This document shows positions 25,491 to 34,755 of a DNA stretch of 64,000 nt, piece after piece (the stretch's first letter is position 1; each line of letters begins with the position of its first letter). The DNA is from Paraspadella gotoi. Taxonomy: Eukaryota > Animalia > Chaetognatha. Where the stretch lies: positions 28,059,778 to 28,123,777 of the forward strand of contig CM119264.1 in the NCBI GenBank assembly GCA_051294375.1, in the 5' to 3' direction. The notes under the pieces were generated by a model. It searched no databases. It saw only the letters and a list, made by a program, of their open reading frames with translations, and was not told the DNA's origin. Position numbers and translations under genes: made by a program.

Positions 25491-28233
25491 TGAGAAAGAC
25501 AAGGAGACATAAAATAAAATGAAGGATATTTAATAACTGTCCTAACCCAATTTTAAGGACATCGATGATGATAAGTTGAATATAAATTTAAAATTAATTA
25601 TTACATATTAAAATTAATTAATTAATTAATCGATTAATTAATTAATTAATTATCGTAGGCAGATCCGACATTGTTTGCTCAAACTTGTTTTTTCTAAAAT
25701 TAGGGTCGAATGTGGTTGAAGGAATAGTATTGAGGGTTAGAGGTGAGGGACTAGGGTCTGGAAAGTATAAGGATTATGTTAGGGATATAATTAGCTTTAG
25801 GGATTATGGTTAGAGAATGGGTTATGGGTTTGGTAACAAATTAGTTAAGGATAAGGTTAGGTTTACGGATAAGGGATAGGTATTTGTTATGCGTTTGGTA
25901 ACAGATTAGGGTTTTAAAACACTAGGGTTAAAATTAAGTGCAGGGATAAATGAACAGAAATTGGGCGCTCTTGAGCACGCGCCAAATAAATATTATTATT
26001 TTAAATATTGTGTTTTCATTTTTTTCTCTTTGTTTTCTCCTCAATCGCTAATTATATATTTTATAAAATAAGCAAATAAAAATACTTTAAGAAAATAATA
26101 TTTCAATGGTACATCTTCATATAATTAAAAGAATCAAGCAATTTAATCCTTATAAATTAGTACTTTCGACTGTACAACTTTAAATCTGCTTTTTCAATCT
26201 ACAGATTACAAAGTTTTTTTTCAAAGACGGTTGACCATCCGTATATTGAAGTAGATCTTGGAAGAAAATTGTCAAGTAAGTTCATAAATAAATATAATAT
26301 TTTTAACGGTTTACAGGTACCTCCCGTACTATATCGGATAGTTCTCCCAGAAATATCAAACATTTTCAAAAGTTCTAGGTTCTTGCAAAGTTTCTTAGGC
26401 CAAATTTAGTGAAGAAAACGAATATCACCATAAACAATTTTCCCGGTTGCTCTTTATGGATTTTCAGCGCCAGTTATTTAGCCAGCACATTAATATTTTC
26501 TAATCAAAATAAATATAATTATTACTCTATTACCTAATTATTTTGTTTTTTTTATAAATGAGGTCAAAAGATCATAATTTTAAAAGGCTTAATAATAAAA
26601 AATGCGCATTTTGAAAAAATAATCAGTACTTAATCAATTTAAATGAAATTTTGAATGAATATATTATCTAGCTCTACAAATCAAACTAAAGCATTTTACA
26701 ATAAGTGAGAGGCATGGTGAGCAAAAGGGAAAAAAACACGGTAAACATATAAAAAAAATTTATTAATTCGAATTAAGACTTTTTTCCCACTGACTAACAT
26801 TATTGATTCATCCAAATTAAAGTGTTTTTATATTAATCAGAGGATAAGTCATGTTCAACAACGTTCTACAATTTGAATATTTATTTCAATCAAGAAACTC
26901 AATTTTTAGTCTCAGGGAGGAACTGCTGTTTTCGGAAAATATTGAAACAAATATTTGAATGGGTTAATGTTGTTATAATATAATATTGTGATAATCCTTT
27001 CGTTTTCTTGTGTAGTAAAATTAATTGAAAAAGTGATTTTGTTTTAAAAACGACTTTTTTTTATTTTTAAAAGAAAACCGACATGCATTTAATAATTTGT
27101 GAAATTATTTTTCCAATTTGTGCAAAAGAAGAAGGAGAGAGAGAGAAAGACTCAGAGAGTAAAAGTTTGTCAATACAGAGTTGAAGGTAGGGACAGATAG
27201 AATAAGTTTTGAAAAGAAATGAAAAATGGCCTGAGAGAGAGAAAGAGAGAGAGAGATATGCAGAGAGAGAAGGTTGATAACTAATAAATTTATGTAATCT
27301 ACAACAGAGATAAAAATTTTTAGACGGAATAAATAACTACTTCGATAGGTTCTCACATTTTGCAATCTTACATTCATATAAAGTACTTTCCTTGTTAAGA
27401 GGAAATAATTTCAATAATAATAATATTGTTATGATTCTTTCTTTTCGTTGTGTTTGTAAATTAGGAAAAACAGTTTTTAAGGTCAACAACGATTTATTAT
27501 TGGATATAAGTCGGACAAGTTTCAACACTTTATTAAGAGTCTTCTTCAGCGACTCTTAATAAAGAGTTGAAACTTGTCCGACTTATATCCAATAATAAAT
27601 CGTTGTTGACCTTAAAAACTGTTTTTCCTAATAATAATAATAATAATAAAAATTCCTAATCCCCGCCCCACCACCACTTCGGCCTCGCTCTGACTTCCTA
27701 GTCGATTACGTTGATATTTACAAAAGACCCAAAGACAAGGTTTGGTTGAATGTCTTCCCTTTTCGTCTCCAACTCCTGGCCGACGGGAAGATCGTGGGCG
27801 ACTGCAGCGACACCGTCATTAAACGGGAATTTTTCAAGGAGTTGAAGGATTATGTCCGCGTCGACTGTTGCAACGTCGGAACGAAAGCGGACGCGGTGAG
27901 GCTGACCAAGTGGAATCGTTCGTCCTTGATATTGAGCGGGATCGAAGTTTTACGACGAGTAGAAAAATGTAAGTCACGGATCACGTGAGAAAGAAAATTT
28001 TTTTTACTCGGGTCTGCTTATATCGCAGATTCCGACTCTATAATTCACTTTGTCGGTCTGTCAGTACCACCCCAAAAGGTTGTCGGGCAGTCACTTAAAC
28101 CACGTCAGAACTTCGAATTACGTCTGTCTGTCTATCTGTCTGTCTGTCTGTCTGTCTGAAGGAGTTTAATTAAATTAGAAAACCAAAAAGACAAATTTAT
28201 TTGAATTTTTAAAAGTTTTCCTCTATCTCTTTC

Positions 28234-28272
<39 letters not shown>

Positions 28273-30369
28273 CCAAATTATGCCAGTTGACCAAATTATT
28301 CAAGTGAGCAAATTTTGCAAGTTGACCAAATTATGCCAATTGATAAAATTATGCCAGTTGACCAAATTATGCCAGTTGACCAAATTATGCCAGTTGACCA
28401 AATTATGCCAGATGAGCAAATTATGCCAGTTGAGCAAATTATGCCAGTTGACCAAATCAAGCCAGTTTACAAAATTATGCCAGTTGACCAAATTATGCCA
28501 GTTGACCAAATTATGTCAGTTGACCAAATAATGCAACTTGATTAAATTAAGCAAATTGACCAAATTATGCAAGTTGACTAAATTAAGCAAGTTGGTATTT
28601 GGACAGCTACTGGTAATGATTGATAGATCAATTGATTTATATATTTTTTCATGAATATATTAAAAAGTCTGTTATGATTTGTAGTCGGGCATTGCCTAGG
28701 TTCACCCCGCCTATAAGCGTAACACTTTCAGTTGTGACCCGGTGGCGCATAGATTAAAGCCATCAGCTCATGACCACTAGGTACCGGGTTCAGTCCCAAC
28801 CCGGTACCTATCCTGCGGGAAGCGTGAGAACGGCAGTAAGCCGCCTTGGGGGCGTGACAAACCCTCAAGCCTGGTTGCAAGCCCAGGACCCGTTCCATGG
28901 CTGCTAGAGGGGGTTATACTTATAGAAGTTACGGATAGTCATCTTCAGCCCACTTCGCGCCTTATCCCACGATTTGTTATGATCTGTTAAGATCTCAAAT
29001 TGAAAGTCAGAAAATATATATTCAATTTTTCTCAACTTTCCTTGGCATTCAAATCAGAAGACGAAAGTGAAAATGGACAAAAATGAACATAATTTTTTTT
29101 CCTAAATGTAGAAAAATTTGTCCTTTTTTATCCTTAGAAACAGGTGGAGATGATTTTAACCAATCCTTAGTTCGGCCCAATTTGTATTGTGGTACAAATT
29201 AAATTAATATTGTAAGTACATGGTGACAATTTTACAAGCGCCGGTAGAAATAAGCTGACATTTGCAAACAAGTGGTTATTTCATTGATTTTAAAATTTCG
29301 TTGAGTAGAAAATACTAAAACTATTTATGTGTTAAAATTTTATATTGATCAGTTAAGATATGCCTTGACAATGAGTGGAGAAAGTTGGCTTGTAAAATCG
29401 GGTTTCATTTTCTAACTCACTTTTTTTAGATTCAATATTTTTCTCTTACTTTCAGTAAGTTTTCTGAAGAAATTTGAAATAAAATGATATTAATTTTATT
29501 ATCTTCTGAAAGCCCTTTCAAATCTAAAAAGAATGACGTACTTACAAATACTGTAGTATAAAATTTAACTGGCCCAGCTTTAATTTAATTAGGATACTCA
29601 AAAACGAGACATCTTTTTAAAAATCAATAGCTGGAGAGTAAATTTATGATATTTATCAAATTGTGATTGGCTATCTTAAATCCTCTTTTCTCAGGCTCTT
29701 TCATGATACTTATATAAATAATAATATTTTATGTTATAATAATTTAAACAGGTCATATATTTTGAAAAAAGATTTAAAATTTTCAATAATTCACTTTTGA
29801 CACTCTTAATTGAACCAAGGCTGGGCAGCTCACTTTTTATGTTAGAGCTTTCGTAAGTATATCATTCTCTTCATATTTTTAAGGGCTTTCTGAGGATATT
29901 AATATTGTTAATATTTTACTAAATATTTTTTTTTAAAAAGTGCTAAAAGTAAAAAAAAATTGAGTTTAAAAACAGTGAGTTGGAAAATGAAACCCGATTT
30001 TAGAAGCAAACTTTATCCACTCATTGTCAAGGCATATCTTAACTGATCAATATAAAATTTTAACATATAAATAGTTTTAGTATTTTCTACTCAACTAGTT
30101 TTTAAAATCAATGAAATAACCACTGGTTTGCAAATGACAGCATATTTCTACCGGCGCTTGTAAAATTGTCACGATGTAACAACTGAAAAATATTGGAAAA
30201 AGTTGGTTTTTTTTCTAAATTCGCCATTTGTAAGCGGAAACTTAATTATTGTAGGCAGATCCGACGTTGTTTTCTCAAACTTGTTTATTATCAATGCTAT
30301 AGCTGATTAAGTTTCACCAAAAGTCTAACGATTAACCCCTGAGAGAAATTCGCTTATGAGAGAGGAGAT

Positions 30370-30410
<41 letters not shown>

Positions 30411-33346
30411 AACTAACTAAACAAATTCTGAAAAAGAATATTTAGTACTATAAGCTACACGTCAATATTTTAATACTGAACTAAAAAATTGAGCACGAAA
30501 TATAGAAAATTTGTTTAGTATGCTTTAAAATTTAATGCCATTTGTTTATATAAGGTGCAAAATTTAGTGCCATCTCGGCGAAAGCTTCATCGACATTGAA
30601 TCAGATCAAACCTCAGAATTTGATAGATAATGGCTATTTTAAAAGGTAAGTGTTTTTATTTTAATTTATATTATTTTTTTAAATAATACATAATAAATAT
30701 GTACTATGTCTATGATTCTATATTTAAATTTTAAACCAAATATTTTAAAAACCATATCCACAATATCCAGTAAAACTTATTATCAAAATGAGTGGGCTGT
30801 TTAAAATTTTTTAAATCTTTAATAATTTTATAATATTTGAAGCAATCGGACATAATTTTTAATAATTATTTCCAGATTCAAAAAAGACTTTCTATCATTT
30901 TAACATAAATGATTATAATTAATAGCCTTATTGCAATGTTTGTCACGAAACAACTATGTAAACTATATAATTGTAATCTTCTCCAGTAATAGGTGGAATG
31001 AGGCCACATGCTTTAGTACAAACACTGAATCTGATCCTTGGTTGGACGTATTGTTGAAAAAAGTCGAAACCAGTAAGTTTTTATGATTAACCATTAAAGC
31101 ATAGAGAAAATGGGATATATTTATTTAACCCTAATATTATTTAACGGGATATATTTATAACGGGATATATTTATTTAAAACCCTAAAAAATTTTAAAATG
31201 ATTTTTTTTTTAATTTGTTTTGCAGTTTTGGATTTGTTAAAAAAGTTAAAGTTAAAATACTAACAAAATATTAATATTTATAATATCTCTAAGTTATCCT
31301 ACATAGTTAAGATATAACAGTACATTAAGACTAATGTTTATTGCTTTTTCCCTCGTTCGCCGTTAAAAGTAACCTTCTTTTACTAGTTGGTCACGTGAGA
31401 ATATGGAATCGAGTAGACACTTTTGAATTTTGGGGGAAACTCTTTCCGTTTCGCGTGGAGATCTGGAAGGGTCAGTTCAAAGTGGCCAACTGCAAAGCTG
31501 CCAAATTGACCAACGGGATTTTCGATTTCAAAGCAAAGATGGAAGTTGATTGCGGACTGAAAGGCATCGCGGGAGATCGAGTCAGGATTCAGAAACTCGG
31601 GAAAGGATTCCTTCACATTTGTGAAGTGGAGATTTTCCCAGTCGATTGTAAGGATGTTTATAATTGTTCTTGGTGAATATTATTACACTTGTATTTCTAT
31701 GCCCATTGCTTTTTGAAATGAGGATAGTGTGGCGGTATATTCACACCGCCTCACGTCTACCATCGTTCGGCCAAATCCATTGGCTCAGAGGGGGAACACA
31801 CCATCCCAGGCGTAGTGTTCCATCCACAGTCCTAACGACTTCCCTCTGCGTTGGCAAAGCGAGACCGTCCTAGGGTAACCGCGCCAGTGACTGGAGGCGT
31901 CACTGAGGGTTGGAAGCCCCCAAAAGCCAACAATTCCATCGAAACTAAATTTCCAGCTTAATCACACACTTTCCATATATAAAAAAATTCAAGTCAATTG
32001 ACCAATCCACTCATGAGTAATTAGCGTCATATCCAACTAAGTCACAATCTTCACTTCCCACACACAAAGTTTCATTCCAATCCATCCATCCAATCACGAT
32101 TAATTGTATTTTTTCGCTAAGGGTGACGGACGGACAGACTTTTTTTTTTTTTTTTTTTGCATAATTGATCATAATTCGATGTTCTGACATGATATTAGTG
32201 AGTGCACGACAAGATTGATGGGGCGGACCGACGGACCGACAAAGTGGATTATAGAGTCGGGATCTGCTGATAAGCAGAACCGACTAAAAATATTCTTTAA
32301 ACCATGTTTAAAATTCAAAGGCTTGGAATGCTACCGGGGATACGGTGTCGATTACCGCGGAAGGATCCAAGAAACAAAAGACGGAGAAAAGTGTCTAAAT
32401 TGGTGGAGATCTTACTCGTCGAAGTATAACCCGAAGAAGTAAGTTTCACAGGAAATAAAATTAAACGCAACATCGATATGGAGTTTTTAAGTGTTTAATT
32501 GAGAATCATTTAAAAGACAACATTTATGAATAAAAAAAAAAGAAGAAATTCTAAAACGCCAAGTTGAACCGGAATCTTTCCAGTTCCCACTATCACTTTT
32601 TTTTAGCTTTGCTACCTAAAATCTGTTTTAAATTAAATTCTAAAACAAACACAAAACAAATTAACTGGTTCTTTCGGTTCGATAAATATTATATATTTTT
32701 TTAATCACTTTGCTAAAGAGTTTATAATATTTTTTATCTGAATTGAGGCCTTACCTTTTTGTTTTTTAAAGGCGAAAGCCTCTGAATTTAAAGTTTTATT
32801 AAATGACTCCATTAATTCTGTTTTAAGCTTCTAATTGGTTCAATTTTATGAACTGAATTTAAATATCTGGTCTCTCATTGGTTAATAATAAATATGTCTT
32901 AATAACTATTTAATAGTTTAAAATAAGGTACATCACCTTATTTTCGTTCAAACCTCGTTACCGCTCTAATTTTTAATATTGAATCAAAAAGGGGAAAATT
33001 AACAAGAAAGTTCTAATAAGTAATGGTGTCGCAATAAAATATATTAATAATAATTAATAAATCATTCGAAAAAATTTTTAAAATTAATCTGTTTCAAAAT
33101 TGTTAGAGAAAAATAGAAGTAAAAAAATTAAATAAAAAAAATATTGTGCAAAATTAAACATGAGAACGTCAATTCTAAATTGAATCTTCCACACTTGTTT
33201 TCCATTGCAGAAAACCCGACGCCGGTCTGAAAGATAACTATTGCCGAAATCCCTCAAAATCAAAGTTCGGCCCTTGGTGTTACGTCGAGAAACCGGCTCG
33301 TTATGGTGGTCATGGTTATGGTTACTGCGACATCAAGAAATGTTAG
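7180..33346 (+). CDS. Multi-exon gene: MACPF - unassigned domain - furin-like Cys-rich - EGF - EGF - F-type lectin-like x2 - kringle (putative secreted pore-forming protein); 5' signal-peptide exon not found
   Basis: Exons 7180-10170, 10365-10480, 11255-11373, 13686-13769, 26205-26275, 27702-27968, 30555-30645, 30987-31072, 31387-31647, 32321-32438, 33211-33346. All introns are GT..AG, and phases chain consistently (1,1,1,2,1,1,2,1,1,2) to a TAG stop at 33344-33346 once 1-bp indels in the first four exons are corrected (where the 1-7105 copy overlaps, it has the intact base). Confidence 0.85.
10365..10480 (+). CDS. EGF-like domain exon 1
   Basis: GEHDCKIKNPCKNGGKCVETSSNGFLCECPKHYLGKLCE; phase 1-1, ag/gtaagt; lacks one T relative to the intact copy at 856-972. 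Confidence 0.9.
11255..11373 (+). CDS. EGF-like domain exon 2
   Basis: VPSKCAKNPCYNGGECKQTNNFWEFDCLCKADFTGGLCET; phase 1-1; lacks one G relative to the intact copy at 1748-1867. Confidence 0.9.
13686..13769 (+). CDS. F-type lectin-like domain 1, exon a
   Basis: AISSARFQPVKAKSVAKGSSPTTLVTGI; tttag acceptor, gtgagt donor; phase 1-2; intact 85-bp copy at 4167-4251; paralogous to exon 30555-30645. Confidence 0.75.
14565..14780 (+). repeat. 18-bp minisatellite (gttgaccaaattatgcca)n; second array 28268-28590
   Basis: Directly visible tandem units; explains the VDQIMP/LTKLCQ pseudo-ORFs. Confidence 0.95.
17037..17070 (-). ncRNA. Minimal hammerhead ribozyme (duplicate at 18682-18715)
   Basis: Reverse complement reads CTGATGAaGGCTtgaatgaaAGCCGAAACttGTC. 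Confidence 0.8.
19603..19636 (+). ncRNA. Hammerhead ribozyme copy with altered core (catgatga...gaaactgtc), possibly read error
   Basis: Same stem II and flanks as 20042-20075, 439 nt upstream in a tandem repeat unit. Confidence 0.55.
20042..20075 (+). ncRNA. Minimal type I hammerhead ribozyme
   Basis: CTGATGA-a-GGCT-tgaatgaa-AGCC-GAAAC-tt-GTC; short stem I (gca/tgt); followed by AATAAA. This is the minimal hammerhead form typical of Penelope-like pLTRs and metazoan retrozymes. Confidence 0.8.
22804..23145 (+). repeat. 16-bp minisatellite (gtgggaggaatcccgt)n
   Basis: Directly visible tandem units next to an N gap; explains the GGIPCGRNP pseudo-ORFs. Confidence 0.95.
26205..26275 (+). CDS. 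F-type lectin-like domain 1, exon b
   Basis: QLQSFFSKTVDHPYIEVDLGRKLS; PxxxVDLG motif of FTP/F5-8 type C domains; tacag acceptor, gtaagt donor; phase 2-1. Confidence 0.82.
27460..27632. repeat. Near-perfect inverted repeat (82-bp arms, 9-nt loop) built from a hammerhead-bearing pLTR fragment
   Basis: 27460-27541 is the reverse complement of 27551-27632 with one visible mismatch. Confidence 0.9.
27510..27553 (-). ncRNA. Minimal hammerhead ribozyme of a second family
   Basis: Reverse complement: gtcg-CTGAAGA-a-gactc-ttaataaa-gtgtt-GAAAC-tt-GTC-cgac; perfect 4-bp stem I gtcg/cgac. Confidence 0.78.
27702..27968 (+). CDS. F-type lectin-like domain 1, exon c
   Basis: IDYVDIYKRPKDKVWLNVFPFRLQLL...VRVDCCNVGTKADAVRLTKWNRSSLILSGIEVLRRVEK; 267 bp, phase 1-1; overlaps ORF 27746-27988. 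Confidence 0.85.
28680..28970 (+). mobile_element. Solo LTR-like element (291 bp) with tRNA-like segment, Helenus-type TRIM-like
   Basis: Starts TGTAGT, ends CCCAC (terminal A missing); GATT 4-bp TSD (28676-79, 28971-74); tRNA-like 28738-28797 with ggtggcgcatagattaaagc, a ctcatga loop and gggttcagtccc. Confidence 0.7.
29219..30176. mobile_element. Tc1/mariner-type MITE with long (~370 bp) imperfect TIRs
   Basis: ta|catggtgacaattttacaagcgccggtagaaata ... tatttctaccggcgcttgtaaaattgtcacgatg|ta; TA TSD; arms extend to about 29580 and 29820. Confidence 0.85.
30555..30645 (+). CDS. F-type lectin-like domain 2, exon a
   Basis: CAKFSAISAKASSTLNQIKPQNLIDNGYFK; resembles the ASS..AIDG start of FTP domains; phase 1-2, gtaagt donor. 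Confidence 0.82.
30987..31072 (+). CDS. F-type lectin-like domain 2, exon b
   Basis: SNRWNEATCFSTNTESDPWLDVLLKKVET (CxxT...PW motif); an alternative in-frame acceptor at 30993 is possible; phase 2-1. Confidence 0.85.
31387..31647 (+). CDS. F-type lectin-like domain 2, exon c
   Basis: IGHVRIWNRVD...GDRVRIQKLGKGFLHICEVEIFPVD; V-x-I-x-NRxD and LxICEVEI are hallmark fucolectin/FTP motifs; phase 1-1. Confidence 0.9.
31728..31931 (-). mobile_element. Independent copy of the 5S-derived repeat preserving a ...GCCACA terminus
   Basis: Reverse complement of about 3385-3550, extended to a terminal hairpin (tgtggcggtatattcacaccgcc on +); 5S-like part at 31804-31864. Confidence 0.65.
32321..32438 (+). 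CDS. Kringle domain, exon a
   Basis: CLECYRGYGVDYRGRIQETKDGEKCLNW; matches the kringle pattern C-x3-G-x2-YRG-x4-T-x2-G-x2-C-x2-W; phase 1-2. Confidence 0.92.
33211..33346 (+). CDS. Kringle domain, exon b (terminal exon)
   Basis: KPDAGLKDNYCRNPSKSKFGPWCYVEKPARYGGHGYGYCDIKKC*; NYCRNP and PWCY kringle signatures; ttgcag acceptor; TAG stop. Confidence 0.93.
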
Positions 33347-33459
33347 GAAATTAAATGATTGCATTCGACGGAAAACTCAAGGATTTCCTTGAAGGAAGAC
33401 AATATTGTATTTTTCTTCTTGAGTTGTTAATACAATTTTTGTTTTCAAAATTCTATGTA

Positions 33460-34133
33460 CAGGGATGGGACCCTATATCGAGACCAAACTTAACGTCCTG
33501 CCCTGTCTGAACTAATTAAGATACAATGATAAAATGAGTGGCAAATGTTTTTTTGGCTTTTTACTTTTATATTCAATGAAAATAAATGAATTTTTAAGCA
33601 ACTACAAGGCGTCGTGGATGTTTTCAAAACATTTAGTCGTTTTTATGTGCGCGCATTGTATTGCATACAACAAATAATTAATATTAAAATTAATAATTAA
33701 TATTTTTCACCTGATTTTAAGCTTTTCATCACTATCCAAATTAAATTAATTTTAAGAAGATTATAACGAATATGCTAAAACTGTTAAATACTTTATGTAT
33801 TTCTTACCTTTCTGACGCTTTTATTATGCATACAGAAATCTTATATGATTACTTTAATTATCTGACAATATCGTTAATAAATTTTTGATAAAAATAAATT
33901 TTAATAAAAGTTAAACCATAACAGTAACTTGCCCGAACCTTACCGGCTTACTTTAAAAATTTTTAAACCAAAATGCCATATACATAATATCAAAGAATTT
34001 TAAAACAATTAATGTATCGTCTAAAAGCTAAGACAGAGTACTATACGAATATTTATTAAGATTTTAAAAATCATTAAGAGCTTTACAGTAATGATTTTTT
34101 TAAATTTTGTCTCGATATAGGGTCACACCCCAG
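33460..34133. mobile_element. Tc1/mariner-type MITE just downstream of the MACPF gene stop codon
   Basis: ta|cagggatgggaccctatatcgagac ... gtctcgatatagggtcacaccccag|ta; TA TSD. Confidence 0.85.
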
Positions 34134-34512
34134 TAGAGTATTCTTGAAAAAATATTGTTACTTTATGTATAAATTGTTTATTATTATTATGGTTATTATC
34201 TATTCCCAACCTTTTACACGTTTTTTTGGATCTGCTCTAGTTCTTGGATGACAAACAGGTACATATTATAATGCTTTTTCGACTGTATACTGCATAGTGT
34301 ATATATAAATACGTAATACAAAATTTTATTCCAATCCATCCATCCAATCACGAGTAATTGGAGTTTAATGCTAAAATGGGACGGACATTCAGACAGACAG
34401 ACAGACGGACGGACATCTGTTTTTTTGCATAAATTATCATCGTGAATTTCGTTTCGTTTGAAATAATAGAAAAAGTTTGAATTTGCTTTCAACAACGATT
34501 TTATTGGTACAG

Positions 34513-34587
<75 letters not shown>

Positions 34588-34712
34588 AGGAGACAGAGAG
34601 AGGGCAAAGTTTCCAACACAGAGTTGAGAAAAAGAATAGTGGTCAGATGTGAGGACAGGTTAAGGTGAAGACAGATGAGCTAGATTGTGAAAAGAAATTA
34701 AGTGGTGAAAAT

Positions 34713-34755
<43 letters not shown>

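Larger units (their letters stand above)
13787..25690 (+). mobile_element. HINE-like 5' and 3' ends bracketing about 12 kb of nested repeats
   Basis: 5' hairpin and (gtcc)n at 13791-14000; matching 3' end at 25655-25690; interior family fragments at 23160-23480 and 25240-25320. Further partial copies at 4270-4680, 31935-32290, 34320-34815, 2944-3025, 51718-51780. Confidence 0.45.
28001..30286 (+). mobile_element. HINE-like element with nested minisatellite, solo LTR and MITE
   Basis: Same 5' stem-loop and (tctg)n at 28006-28158; 3' end gtaggcagatccgac...aaacttgttt at 30251-30286. Confidence 0.6.

Noticed and set aside
25700-25930. Telomeric repeat
   Set aside because: Only scattered, degenerate ttaggg-like words, as inside small MITEs; no tandem array.
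28738-28810. Functional tRNA-Met gene
   Set aside because: D and T arms are degenerate, there is no clean acceptor stem, and it is embedded in a TSD-flanked element.
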